This document shows, piece by piece, positions 47,097-57,400 of a stretch of DNA of 64,000 nucleotides. Every line of letters begins with the position of its first letter. Position 1 is the stretch's first letter. A model generated the notes under the pieces. The model did no database searches. It saw only the letters and a list, made by a program, of their open reading frames with translations, and was not told the origin of the DNA. The position numbers and the translations under genes are program-made. The DNA is taken from the NCBI GenBank assembly GCA_943355025.1, contig CALRDW010000003.1:7680-71679 (forward strand), given 5' to 3'. The DNA is from Candidatus Magasanikiibacteriota bacterium (GTDB lineage Bacteria > Patescibacteriota > Patescibacteriia > Magasanikbacterales > 2-02-FULL-50-9b).

Positions 47097-48716
47097 ATGT
47101 TTTTAAAACGAATAAAAGAAAATTGGAAGTCTGGTATCACAGTTGCGTTGGTCTCAATTCCGCTCTCTATTTCGCTCGCAGTTGCGTCGCAAGCGTCTCC
47201 GATCGATGGGATCATTACCGCAATTTGGGCGGGCCTCATCGCATCGCTTTTTGGTGGAAGTAACTATAATATCGTTGGACCGACTGGCGCGCTTTCTGGA
47301 ATTTTAGCGACATACGCGATTATACACGGCGCGGACAAGCTCTCGGTTTTAGCGATTCTTGCGGGTGTTATTATTTTGTGTGCATTTTTGATGAAGCTTG
47401 AGCGCTATTTAGTATTCGTACCTGCAAGTGCGCTGTACGGATTTACGTTGGGTGTTGCCTGTATCATCGCATTCAATCAATTTAATTTTGCAACAGGTTT
47501 AACCAATTTGCCCAAGCATGAAAAGTTTATTGACAACCTGATTGAATCTTTTAAACATGTAGGGTCTGCTTCACCTGCGGCACTTATTGTGTTTGCGCTC
47601 TTTTTGTTCGGGCTTTTTGCCCTGTTGAAATGGGTGCCAAAAATACCGGCAGTTATAGCGCTGACTCCAGTCGGCGTTTTGTTTGGATATTTTACATCGG
47701 TCGGAAAGATACACATTCCGCTTCAAACGCTCCAAACTAAGTTCGGGGATATTGCGCCGACTTTGTTCCAGCATCATTCCTTTGTGTTTGATGCAACCAT
47801 TATTGCGCCTGCATGTACGATTGCGCTTATTGCGATTTTGGAAACCATGTTATCAGCTAAAATTGCTGATGGAATGACGCATACGAAACATGATAAGCGA
47901 AAGGAAATGTTTGCGCTGGGTATAGGGAATATCGCGTCTGGTTTTATGGGCGGCATTCCGGCAACCGCAGCTCTTGCACGCACCTCGCTTAATATTAAAA
48001 CAGGCGCAATAAACAAAATGTCAGGTACGATTAGCAGTGTCGCCATTGCTAGTATCTCAGTAATTTTAATTTCGACCTTTAAGTATATTCCGCTTGCCGT
48101 AATTGCGGCGATTCTTGTGTTTACGGCATATCGAATGATTGAGCTTCATCACTTCACGAGATTGTATCGACTCGACCGTAAGGAATTTTATCTAGCCTTG
48201 GTTGTGGCCTTCATTACAGTATACGAGGACCCAATCGTGGGTATTTTGTTTGGTGTTGCTGCAGCTTTAATTATTTTCATGGACAAGTTGTCTCATGGCC
48301 AATATGAGTTGACCATGAACGATATAAAAAAAGGAGAGGTGTCTCATACTGCCGGCATAGAAAAAATTCATGTACTTGAAGGTGCACACACACTCGTGTA
48401 TTCCATAAAAGGGCAACTCGCTTATATTAATGCACTCGCACATGTGGGGCGATTCGAGAATGATTTATCCGGATATACGAATGTCGTCTTGCGGTTTCGC
48501 GAGTTATATTTTATTGACCTTGATGGTGTTGGAGCGATTGATGAGATTATTGAGCTGGTACAAGATCAGCACAAAAATGTTTATATTACCGGCGTTAATC
48601 CGCTCATTGAAAAATTACTTGAGGAATCAAAACACTTTGCGAAACTTAAAGATCAGGGGTACGTGTTTCATAAGACGAGTGAAGTGCTGGTGAAGCTTGG
48701 TTTTCCGTTGAAGTAA
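47097..48716 (+). CDS. SulP-family inorganic anion transporter with C-terminal STAS domain
   Basis: ALVSIPLSISLAVASQASPIDGIITAIWAGLIASLFGGSNYNIVGPTGALS typical SulP N-terminus; multiple TM helices; STAS-like tail. Confidence 0.8.
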   Translation: MFLKRIKENWKSGITVALVSIPLSISLAVASQASPIDGIITAIWAGLIASLFGGSNYNIVGPTGALSGILATYAIIHGADKLSVLAILAGVIILCAFLMKLERYLVFVPASALYGFTLGVACIIAFNQFNFATGLTNLPKHEKFIDNLIESFKHVGSASPAALIVFALFLFGLFALLKWVPKIPAVIALTPVGVLFGYFTSVGKIHIPLQTLQTKFGDIAPTLFQHHSFVFDATIIAPACTIALIAILETMLSAKIADGMTHTKHDKRKEMFALGIGNIASGFMGGIPATAALARTSLNIKTGAINKMSGTISSVAIASISVILISTFKYIPLAVIAAILVFTAYRMIELHHFTRLYRLDRKEFYLALVVAFITVYEDPIVGILFGVAAALIIFMDKLSHGQYELTMNDIKKGEVSHTAGIEKIHVLEGAHTLVYSIKGQLAYINALAHVGRFENDLSGYTNVVLRFRELYFIDLDGVGAIDEIIELVQDQHKNVYITGVNPLIEKLLEESKHFAKLKDQGYVFHKTSEVLVKLGFPLK

Positions 48717-48722
48717 AAGCAC

Positions 48723-49148
48723 ATGAATTATTGGCTCATGAAAACTGAACCGGGCACTTTTTCGTGGGATGATCTCGAGAAAGATTTTATGACGCGCGGC
48801 TGGTCTGAGTGGGATGGTGTTAGAAATTATGAGGCGCGAAATAACATGTGCGCCATGAAACAGGGAGATGAAGTATTTATTTATCATAGCTCAATAAAAC
48901 CCGCGATTGTTGGTATCGGTCGCATCGTGCACGAAGCACACGCAGATTCGAGCGACACAAGTGGACTTTGGCAGTGCGTTGATGTAGCCCCTGTCAAAAA
49001 ATTTGCGTGCCCTATAAGTTTAGCAGTAGTTAAGGCATTGCCACAGCTCAAATCTATGACCCTCGTTAAGCGAGGGAGACTTTCCGTTCAATCGGTAACG
49101 CACGAAGAGTGGAAATTTATTTTAAAATTAGCAGCAGTAACCTCTTGA
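48723..49148 (+). CDS. EVE (PUA-like) domain protein
   Basis: MNYWLMKTEPGTFSWDDL...GVRNYEARNNM...GDEVFIYHS matches EVE domain pattern. Confidence 0.75.
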   Translation: MNYWLMKTEPGTFSWDDLEKDFMTRGWSEWDGVRNYEARNNMCAMKQGDEVFIYHSSIKPAIVGIGRIVHEAHADSSDTSGLWQCVDVAPVKKFACPISLAVVKALPQLKSMTLVKRGRLSVQSVTHEEWKFILKLAAVTS

Positions 49149-49201
49149 CTTTTTGTATCGTTCGGGCTAGTATATCGCCTGGCACAATCAGGAGGGTTTT
49201 G

Positions 49202-50008
49202 ATGAGTACTTTACAGCATTTTCTTGATCTTGGAGTGACTGTGGGCCTGCTTGGTTTGCAGCACGCGCGAACTTTTGAAGGGGATCCTCAGGGTGGGGAT
49301 TTTGAGCGGGGCTTGTTTGTCATTCGTTCGTTTACAAATCATGACAGCGTGGCTCTTCTTAACCCGGATAATAGTGGACGCGTCGTTATTGCTCGTTTCA
49401 ACCAGCTTCATTACCTGAGGCGTCACGACTATTATTTTCCTGAACCCGCAAGCTGTGTGCTCATCGAAACAGATTCACTTGATGCAGGGGTTCGTACGTT
49501 GTGCATGCCGACGTGCGACCATCCGTTTATGAGCGTTCAATTCGAGCGTGAAAATAAATTATTCGCACTCGGCGCTGCGCGGTTGTGGCCGGGAAATTTG
49601 TGTGGAGCGGGCAGCATCGTTGAGCAGCTCTTTGAATATGCAGAAAAAAACCATGTCGACCACGTACGCTTCATTCTGAGCGCTGGGGCAGGTCCGTGCT
49701 GCATAAAACCGGACCCCGCCTACATTACGCGTGTCATTGACGCGTTTGGCAAAGATTGGCCGGCTCAGCATTTTTTGCGGGCTCGACCAGGGTCAATTTC
49801 GCTCGGCATGGATTTACTCCTGGTCATTACAGCGGAAATTGAGCGGTGCAAAAAACGCTCGAAATTGTTGGTAAACATTAATCCGGGAGATATAAGCTGC
49901 TCTGCATGCGCAAACCACGGAAAGGGGCATCTCTACAACTCAAATGGTGACGGCACAAACCTTGCGTTTTTTAACTCAACAGCCGAGATTCCACCGCAGA
50001 TGTGTTGA
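49202..50008 (+). CDS. hypothetical Cys-rich protein (GC-rich)
   Basis: AGGAGG SD 7 nt before ATG 49202; 268 aa; conserved-looking Cys clusters (CMPTCDHP, CSACANHGKGH) but no family recognised. Confidence 0.5.
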   Translation: MSTLQHFLDLGVTVGLLGLQHARTFEGDPQGGDFERGLFVIRSFTNHDSVALLNPDNSGRVVIARFNQLHYLRRHDYYFPEPASCVLIETDSLDAGVRTLCMPTCDHPFMSVQFERENKLFALGAARLWPGNLCGAGSIVEQLFEYAEKNHVDHVRFILSAGAGPCCIKPDPAYITRVIDAFGKDWPAQHFLRARPGSISLGMDLLLVITAEIERCKKRSKLLVNINPGDISCSACANHGKGHLYNSNGDGTNLAFFNSTAEIPPQMC

Positions 50009-50081
50009 GTTTTGCTAAAATATCTCCAACCAAGAACCCCCGAGACGCGTGTCATGCACTCCGCATGCTAGCCTCTCGGTT

Positions 50082-53000
50082 TTATTTTTTTGCGAGCTTT
50101 TCAGCTTTTTTAGCACGTTTACGTTTTATAGTTTTGAGTTCATCGAGTTTTCCAGGAAGACCCATCTTGGAATCACGATATAAAAGTGCAACCTCCTGAA
50201 ACTCCTTGAGTTTTTGAATCAGAAGTCCCATGTCCGTGATTTCAACTTCGCCTTTTGAATCAAGTTTGTATTGTATACCAAGTGCTGCCAAAACTTTTTT
50301 ATATTTTGGTGCATCTTTACCAATTTTTTCCCACGAAATGTAATTGTTGAGGATTTTATTGATCATGAGCTCGATTCGCTTTTTTAATTCAGCGCGATAC
50401 GGGATGCTAGCAAAATTTACGGGCTTATCGAGGCGCACAGAACCTTCCCTGCGAAGCTCATCAAACGCACTAAAACGAATTTTATCCCATTGTTCGAGAG
50501 GTGAGTGGCCGTGACGCAGCGCCTCGATTGAACGGCGTGCTGAGGTAAATAAGAGCGAGCGATTTGTGTAGGCAATGGTTTTGTTTGTGCCGCGCGCGTT
50601 GGAAATTGCAGTCCCAAATGCTATGTCTTCCCCAAGTTCGGAATCATCGTGGTAGCCACCGACTGCAGCATAAATACTTGAACGGAACGCAAAATTTCCA
50701 CCGCTCGAAATCGTTTTGCCATGCAGTTTGCGATTGATAGCGTTGAGATATTGGAATAAGCGCGTTCCAATATAGAGTTCTGGATATTTGACGAGTGCTG
50801 CTGGATCCCAATCGAGGTTTCCAAGGTATCCATCCTTTTCCGGATGTTTATCGAGCATGTCAACAAAATTTTGAATGTAATGCTGCGACACGCCTTTATT
50901 ATCCGCGTCATTGCTGACGATGATGAGTTCTGGCGCCGAGGCGCCGCGCTGTGCTTGACGTAGGATCACAGCGTCGTTGAGCAGTTTACGAACCAGGCCG
51001 ATTTTTGCTTGCTCAATTGGCAGCGGACTATACATGACGCGAACCGCCAACTTCGGATGATTCTTTTTGAAACGGGTGATTTCGCGGATTGTTGCGTCAG
51101 GAGTAACAGGCTTTCCTTTTTCATCCGTCATCGGGTGGTTTACAAAGAGCACGATCTCAAACGTCGAAGGATCCGCTGTTTGCGTGGTGAAATTCTCAAG
51201 AGTTTCGTAAATATTTTTTCCCTCTTGATGCCCAGCAACGGGAATTGCGACAACTGTGCGAACACCGGCAGCCATCGGTTCTTTTATTTGTCCGGCGAGC
51301 GCTTCGATTCGTTTGGTGTGTTCTGGTGTTTGGTGTGCGAGGTAGGAAGTGATTTCTTTGTGTTCATCGAGGCGTACATTCGGATCGTGCTTCAATGTCT
51401 CCGACACACTCGAGTCAACATTTTTTTCGTTGCCTTGCTCAGCGTGGTTTCTGCGCGTGCCTTCGTAGCCATAACCGTACATGAGCGGTTGCATGACTGC
51501 TGCTTGTTCAAGTTCTTGGCGCGCGCCCCAATACACAGGAATAAATGGAACAACGTCAGGTCCGTTGTCGCCAAGCACCGTTATTGTTGTATCAATATTT
51601 GGTACAGATTTTGTTGTTATGTCAGTCACACGTACGTCGCCAAGATGGTGGCCACCAAAATTTTGTGAGGCATACGTGTGGAAACCTTTGACGATGCCAT
51701 TTTTGTCATGGACTTCTTCGATAATTTCGGAAAGAAATGCTTTTTCAACAATGTGGCCGTTAGTGTTTTGCCCAAAAATCATGCGAAGCGCGGGATTATC
51801 GTGTGGAACCTCAGCTGTAACAGTTCCATCACCATTGTGGTGGAATGGTACACGAAATGTCGGACCACCTTTTTCAGGTGTGAGCTCCCAAAATAATCGA
51901 TTTTCAGTAAGCGCTTTGCCTGGGCGACCAATAAGAGCATGATGCAGTGATCCTGCCGTTTGGTGACCGCTTGAATTCGCGGCATATTCTTTCATGTCGA
52001 TACGAAGTTGCGCATCGCCATTTTGGGTAAAGCCGCTGTGGTGCTCGCCTTGGTACCATGCGCGTAGTTCATTGAATTCTGCCTTGCTTGCGGTATTATT
52101 ACCATACCAATCCTGCATGCCATGTGGACGTGTATACCAATTCGGACCCGTTGCATGACGTTGGATATACTCGTGACCGGTTTCAGTATGTGTTTCTGTG
52201 GTCGTGGTAGTTCCAACGCTCGAAAGACCGTTGATATCGTGGAGACCTGCGTGGCTGAGAAACGCGAGTGACGCCGAATCAAAATTTCCCGTTGTTGGAT
52301 CAATCATGAGTGCGAGATGGCGGCCATCGGGGAGCGCAAGCTCCGCTGCGCCGTTGCCGCGATCGAGCAAAGAGTAGTCGGTAGGAAGATTTACGTGTAT
52401 TGATCCGCCACCAGGAATTGCAACGAGATCAACGTGTGTCGGCTGTAGCATACCGAGCGCGTGTGAGGGAATTCCGAAGCCTGTTTTTTCGTGAGCCCAT
52501 GCTGCAAAAGCGTGGAGTGATGTTTGCGCGCCTTGGCCATGAGCCGAGGAGTAAACAAAATGCTCAGCAAGGCCTTCGACATTGTCGTTGAAAAATGCGG
52601 TAACCTCTTGAATACCGAGACCAAGTCCGAGACCAATCGCTCCGCCTTTGAGGCCGGCGCGAATTGAACGGCGGATGCGAAAACTCCGCTCAAGTGCGTC
52701 CTTTTCATTTTTTTCCGTAGCCATTGTTGTGAGGAATTGTTCCGCTTCGCGGTCAAGTCGTTCACGGAGTTGGGCCGATGTAATGTTGAGACTACGGCTG
52801 AGCTGCGTTTTCATGGTTGCGCGCAGCAGCATGAGTTCCGTGTGGAGTGTTTCTGATTCACCATCTAAATAGCTGATAGTATCAACGCTATGCAAGTCGC
52901 GGAAAGAAATTCGCGCTTCGATTTCTGCGAGTGAACGAATCGCACCAGAGGTTTCCGCTTCGGATAAATGCCTGAGGTTTGTGTCGGCGCCGCAAAAATT

Positions 53001-54077
53001 TCTGCGGAATTCGCCGATCAAATCTCCAGCAGAGCGCATGCCGAGAACAAATTGAGCGAGCTCAGCGCGTCGTTCAGCATCAGTTGCAAAGGTTTCTCCA
53101 CGCGCCATACTGCGTGTGACGGTTCCGCGCTCTGCTTTGAGGCGCTGGTTTTCCGTGAATCCACGCATACTACCAGTTACCGCTGCACCCGCGAGTCCAA
53201 AGGTTGCCGCATTGACCCCTTTCATTGCAAATCCTCGGCCGGTGTTTAAAATCCCGAAGGCTGTTGCAACACCAGCACTAAGTATTTCTGGGGAAATCCA
53301 GCTCGTTATTTGCGAATGTTGGAGTGCATCGATGCCTCGATCAACAATATTAAAATCCGCGCGCGTTTTATATTTTGTTCGGGCCTTGCCAATAGTTAAG
53401 GCCGTATTTTTTTCAACTTCACGCAACGAATCAATATGGATCATGCCGCTCCGCGCTGCTTCAGCCATCTCGAGCGCATTATCAGCGTAAACAGAGACTG
53501 CAACTGTGCGCGCAGAGTTTGTGCCGTGGAAAAAATTGTCGTAAAGTTCCTTTTTTTGAGTGGTAAATTCTTCGATAGTCATTGTCCGATTTGCTGCGTA
53601 GGCGCCAATCAAATCAAATAGGTGTGATTTAAATTGAGCCGTCTCAGTATTTAATGCTTCGCCTGCTCGCATGTGGTGGAGGTGCTCATCTTTTTGCAAA
53701 ATATCTTCTGGTGCGTGTGCAGCGTCAAAGCGATCAAGAATTGCATGCAGCGCTTGCCCATTATCCGCAGCATCAGCGGACAGGCTCCCACGACCAGCAT
53801 AAATATTTCCAGTCGCGCCGATATGTGCGCGAACTTCGCGCAGCTCCTTGTTGCGGCGATAATATTTTGTTAAACCAAGTGCGATGTTGTGGCCAATATT
53901 TTTTACACCCTCAGTAAAACGTTCAAGTCGCGTAACACCTAAATTTCGGCGGGGTGCTTCGTGTAGCGTTTTTTCGGCGCGATCCTCGGCTTCTTGCTCT
54001 GCAATGTCGCTGATATCAACGATCTTGAGTCCGCTCTCTGGTCTTCTGTGTGGCGTGCCTGTTTGTTCTTGGATCAT
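50082..54077 (-). CDS. very large protein with C-terminal family-2 glycosyltransferase (GT-A) domain; the alternative longer start at 54191 overlaps the upstream ORF
   Basis: C-terminal TVVAIPVAGHQEG...LIIVSNDADN...GGNFAFRSSIYAAVGGYHDDSELGEDIAFG GT2-like motifs; about 900 aa N-terminal region without recognisable domains. Confidence 0.6.
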   Translation of the reverse strand: MIQEQTGTPHRRPESGLKIVDISDIAEQEAEDRAEKTLHEAPRRNLGVTRLERFTEGVKNIGHNIALGLTKYYRRNKELREVRAHIGATGNIYAGRGSLSADAADNGQALHAILDRFDAAHAPEDILQKDEHLHHMRAGEALNTETAQFKSHLFDLIGAYAANRTMTIEEFTTQKKELYDNFFHGTNSARTVAVSVYADNALEMAEAARSGMIHIDSLREVEKNTALTIGKARTKYKTRADFNIVDRGIDALQHSQITSWISPEILSAGVATAFGILNTGRGFAMKGVNAATFGLAGAAVTGSMRGFTENQRLKAERGTVTRSMARGETFATDAERRAELAQFVLGMRSAGDLIGEFRRNFCGADTNLRHLSEAETSGAIRSLAEIEARISFRDLHSVDTISYLDGESETLHTELMLLRATMKTQLSRSLNITSAQLRERLDREAEQFLTTMATEKNEKDALERSFRIRRSIRAGLKGGAIGLGLGLGIQEVTAFFNDNVEGLAEHFVYSSAHGQGAQTSLHAFAAWAHEKTGFGIPSHALGMLQPTHVDLVAIPGGGSIHVNLPTDYSLLDRGNGAAELALPDGRHLALMIDPTTGNFDSASLAFLSHAGLHDINGLSSVGTTTTTETHTETGHEYIQRHATGPNWYTRPHGMQDWYGNNTASKAEFNELRAWYQGEHHSGFTQNGDAQLRIDMKEYAANSSGHQTAGSLHHALIGRPGKALTENRLFWELTPEKGGPTFRVPFHHNGDGTVTAEVPHDNPALRMIFGQNTNGHIVEKAFLSEIIEEVHDKNGIVKGFHTYASQNFGGHHLGDVRVTDITTKSVPNIDTTITVLGDNGPDVVPFIPVYWGARQELEQAAVMQPLMYGYGYEGTRRNHAEQGNEKNVDSSVSETLKHDPNVRLDEHKEITSYLAHQTPEHTKRIEALAGQIKEPMAAGVRTVVAIPVAGHQEGKNIYETLENFTTQTADPSTFEIVLFVNHPMTDEKGKPVTPDATIREITRFKKNHPKLAVRVMYSPLPIEQAKIGLVRKLLNDAVILRQAQRGASAPELIIVSNDADNKGVSQHYIQNFVDMLDKHPEKDGYLGNLDWDPAALVKYPELYIGTRLFQYLNAINRKLHGKTISSGGNFAFRSSIYAAVGGYHDDSELGEDIAFGTAISNARGTNKTIAYTNRSLLFTSARRSIEALRHGHSPLEQWDKIRFSAFDELRREGSVRLDKPVNFASIPYRAELKKRIELMINKILNNYISWEKIGKDAPKYKKVLAALGIQYKLDSKGEVEITDMGLLIQKLKEFQEVALLYRDSKMGLPGKLDELKTIKRKRAKKAEKLAKK

Positions 54078-54081
54078 ACAA

Positions 54082-54393
54082 TTATCCAGCAAGGTATTCG
54101 TTTCGAACCGCGAGAATCGCGTTTGAAATAAGCGATGGAAGGTCGCTGACATGTTTGTCGAGGAATGCACGAATCGCACTTGCCTCAGCATGTGAACTGT
54201 TGAGATGTTCGAGCGCGATTGCTTGTTCCTCGGAAAGAAGCGCGATGATCATCGCGTTGATGCGGTCATTAATTTGCGCTGTAATGTCTGAAATAAATTC
54301 GATACGCACCTGCGCATCAGCAATGTGAAGACCTTTTTCATTAAAAATTTGTTCCGCCGCTTCTTCAACGGTAAACTGTTGCGGTGAATGCAT
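54082..54393 (-). CDS. small hypothetical helical protein (operon partner of the large GT2 protein)
   Basis: 103 aa ORF ending 4 nt before the inferred start of the large gene. Confidence 0.4.
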   Translation of the reverse strand: MHSPQQFTVEEAAEQIFNEKGLHIADAQVRIEFISDITAQINDRINAMIIALLSEEQAIALEHLNSSHAEASAIRAFLDKHVSDLPSLISNAILAVRNEYLAG

Positions 54394-54510
54394 ATGGAGA
54401 GAGCAAAAAGACCGGTGAGGGTTGAATAATAGTACGAATAGTATAGCATATGAATGCTTCGTCGCACATATATTTGAAGTGGTGACAGGGCTGTGGTAGG
54501 GTGGTCAAAT

Positions 54511-55551
54511 ATGGGCTGTGAAATTCTTGAACACCGCGTTGGATCATTCAGGGCGATAACTCTTACAGATGGAGAATTTTCGATGACGCTTTTACCGGAA
54601 AAAGGCAGTGATATTATTTCGTTGCGTCACGAAAAAACTGACACTGAATTTTTGTGGACATCGCCGAATGGACTCCGAGCAGACGCGCCGACGAAAAGTT
54701 TTATTGATAATTACGAGGGCGGTTGGCAGGAATGTTTTCCAACGGGAGGCCCCGCGATTAACTACCACGGCGCTGCTATTCCGCAACATGGTGAGGTGCA
54801 TGCACTTTGTTGGGCGGTAACTGACATGATGAAAGATTTTAACGAGGTTTCAATTACACTTGAAGTTGATACGATTCGTACGCCATTTCATTTGCGAAAA
54901 AAAATTACTCTTCGTTACCAAACAGGCATATTTGAAATTGAAGAATGGGCAACGAATTTGAGTGAACAAAGTTTGCCGATTTTGTGGGGGCAGCATCCAG
55001 CGCTTGGCGGAAATTTTTTGGACGAACATTGTAAGATTGATGCGCTTGCAAAAAAAGTGTGGTCATACTCGCTCCCCGAAAATTCTGAAACAGGACAATT
55101 CGATCAGTCTGTAAGCGGAGAGTGGCCGATGCTTAAAAATAAGCGGGGAGAGCTCGTTGATGTGTCGGAGATTCCGTCGTCAGAGGGCGCGAGAACCGCA
55201 GACATGTTATTCATCGGGGAATTTTCAGATGGGTGGATTTCCGTTACAAATAAAGAACGGAAAGTTGGGATTGCTTATTTATTTGATCCAGAACATTACA
55301 AAACCGTGTGGTTTTGGCAGATGTATGGCGGCGGACTCGGGTATCCGTGGTATGGACGCGCGTACACCATGGCGCTGGAACTATTTACGGGCGTGCCAGA
55401 TCCGCGTGCTGCAACTATTGAAGATGTCGCAGGGACTGTTCAGATCGGTGGCCATCAGACCCTTTCGTCACGATTTCGGGTTCTTTTGTACAAGGGGATT
55501 CGTGGCGTTGGTCGCATAACACCAGATGGAACCATAGTGCCGCGTATTTGA
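54511..55551 (+). CDS. aldose-epimerase-like (galactose mutarotase-like) protein, tentative
   Basis: beta-rich about 345 aa protein; weak resemblance to mutarotase-like family; start at ATG 54511 rather than GTG 54493. Confidence 0.3.
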   Translation: MGCEILEHRVGSFRAITLTDGEFSMTLLPEKGSDIISLRHEKTDTEFLWTSPNGLRADAPTKSFIDNYEGGWQECFPTGGPAINYHGAAIPQHGEVHALCWAVTDMMKDFNEVSITLEVDTIRTPFHLRKKITLRYQTGIFEIEEWATNLSEQSLPILWGQHPALGGNFLDEHCKIDALAKKVWSYSLPENSETGQFDQSVSGEWPMLKNKRGELVDVSEIPSSEGARTADMLFIGEFSDGWISVTNKERKVGIAYLFDPEHYKTVWFWQMYGGGLGYPWYGRAYTMALELFTGVPDPRAATIEDVAGTVQIGGHQTLSSRFRVLLYKGIRGVGRITPDGTIVPRI

Positions 55552-55588
55552 CCGCACAGCGCTTCATTAGATACACTGGGCAGGCTGT

Positions 55589-56326
55589 ATGATTACACCG
55601 GTGCTTAAAAAATTAGGGTTGTCCGACAAAGCGGGCATGGTTTATACCACGCTGCTCTCGCTTGGTTCAGCGTCCGTACGCCAAATTGCAGATGGAGCAG
55701 GCGTAAATCGGGGCACTACCTACGATATTTTGAAGTCCTTGCTTTCCGACGGGCTTGTGAGCTACGTAAACAAGGATGCAAAAAATTATTTTATCGCCGA
55801 GGATCCAACACACTTGCGCGTGCTCATCAAAAAACAGCAAGGATATCTGCGCGAAGTTGAGGCAGAACTTGAGAGCCAAGTGCCGGAGCTTCAGTCGCTC
55901 TTTAGTCGTCACGGGGAAAAACCAGTCGTCCGATATTTTGAGGGTGATCGGGGTATTCGGACGCTTTTGACAGACGTACTTTCAACGATGGAGAAACAGA
56001 AAGATAAGTTGTACCACGTATATTCTTCGTCAACAATCAGCGAACATTATAACCGGGCGTTTCCAAAGTATACTGAGGCGCGAATCGCGCGAGGCGTACA
56101 TGTTCAAGTTATGGCAACGGGGCCGGGTGGTTCGCCTCGTGGGCTTGATGAGCGCAAATGGCTCACCAAAGAAGAGGGCTCTCCGGCGTATACGTTTATT
56201 TATGCAGGGCACTTGGCGCATATTGCGCTCGACGCTGGTGGGCAAATGGTTGGTGTTATTATAGAAAACAAGGCGATGTATGAGGCTCAGCGACTTCTGT
56301 TTCAGGCGCTGTGGAAGCGATTATAA
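55589..56326 (+). CDS. TrmB-family transcriptional regulator
   Basis: wHTH MVYTTLLSLGSASVRQIADGAGVNRGTTYDILKSLLSDGLV; paralogous to the 12411 gene. Confidence 0.6.
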   Translation: MITPVLKKLGLSDKAGMVYTTLLSLGSASVRQIADGAGVNRGTTYDILKSLLSDGLVSYVNKDAKNYFIAEDPTHLRVLIKKQQGYLREVEAELESQVPELQSLFSRHGEKPVVRYFEGDRGIRTLLTDVLSTMEKQKDKLYHVYSSSTISEHYNRAFPKYTEARIARGVHVQVMATGPGGSPRGLDERKWLTKEEGSPAYTFIYAGHLAHIALDAGGQMVGVIIENKAMYEAQRLLFQALWKRL

Positions 56327-56329
56327 CGA

Positions 56330-57148
56330 ATGGTTGATTATTTTAAGACTGATATGACAACAACCGAATTTAAGGACATTTATGATCCGGGTACTGCAAA
56401 AGTCGGGATTATTATTTTGGGCGCGGGCAAAGGCAAGCGGATGGAAAGCGATTTACCGAAAGTGCTTGTGCCACTGTATGGTCAACCGCTAATTTCACAT
56501 GTGCTCCACAGCATCGAGTCCGTAACTGCGGACGCGCGGCCAATTTTAGTTGTTGGGTATAAAGCAGAGCTCGTTAAAGAAACCCTCGGACCAAATTACC
56601 GGTATGCGATTCAGACAGAGCAGCTGGGGACGGGGCACGCCGTTATGGCTGCGCGCGAGGTTGCGGCGGAATACGACCATATTGTTGTTTTGTATGGTGA
56701 TCAGCCACACATTCCCGCGCAAGTTATCAACGAGCTTATTGCCACGCACTTACAAGAACGGGCGACCATGACACTGATGACGGTTACAGTTCCGGATTTT
56801 GATAAGTGGCGCGCGGCGCTTGCAACCTATGGGAGAATTGTTCGGAATGATGCAGGGGATATTTTGGGGATTGTTGAAAAAAAGGATGCAACGCCGGAGC
56901 AACTCTTGATTCGTGAGGTAAATCCCTCGTTTTTTTGTTTTCGCGCATCGTGGCTCTGGGAGCAATTACCATTACTCAAAAATAAAAATGCGCAGGGCGA
57001 GTATTATTTAACAGATTTAGTTAGTGCAGCTGTTTCAAATGGCGATAAAATCGCCTCATTTTCTGGAGATGCACTTGCGGCGCTTGGTGCGAATACCAAG
57101 GAAGAGCTTCGGCTTCTCGAACAGATTCTCGAGGGTGTTACGGGCTAA
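56330..57148 (+). CDS. sugar-phosphate nucleotidyltransferase (GlmU N-terminal pyrophosphorylase domain-like)
   Basis: GIIILGAGKGKRM...LPKVL...GTGHAV...YGDQP motifs of NTP-transferase fold. Confidence 0.7.
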   Translation: MVDYFKTDMTTTEFKDIYDPGTAKVGIIILGAGKGKRMESDLPKVLVPLYGQPLISHVLHSIESVTADARPILVVGYKAELVKETLGPNYRYAIQTEQLGTGHAVMAAREVAAEYDHIVVLYGDQPHIPAQVINELIATHLQERATMTLMTVTVPDFDKWRAALATYGRIVRNDAGDILGIVEKKDATPEQLLIREVNPSFFCFRASWLWEQLPLLKNKNAQGEYYLTDLVSAAVSNGDKIASFSGDALAALGANTKEELRLLEQILEGVTG

Positions 57149-57334
57149 TTTTGGTAGCTGTTTAAGCAGTTTTTTTGAGTTATATTGTATATTGATACAT
57201 TAACTGTCTTTATTTTTTTATCAATAGTTTCTGTGGATAAGAAAATAGCGCAGGTTAAAACCTGCAAAGTTCTATCATTATTTTGGCTAAAATTAAACAA
57301 AATAGCTTATATTAAAAAAATCTGTCGAAAAAAA

Positions 57335-57363
57335 TTGACAAAAATGCGAGTAACCTGTAGTAT
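57335..57363 (+). promoter_or_regulatory. sigma70-like promoter (TTGACA-17-TAGTAT) for the GT2 gene
   Basis: -35 TTGACA 57335-57340, 17-nt spacer, -10 TAGTAT 57358-57363 in an AT-rich intergenic region. Confidence 0.5.
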
Positions 57364-57400
57364 GTCCAGTATACGCTAGACAAAAAGTAGGGGGTGACGC

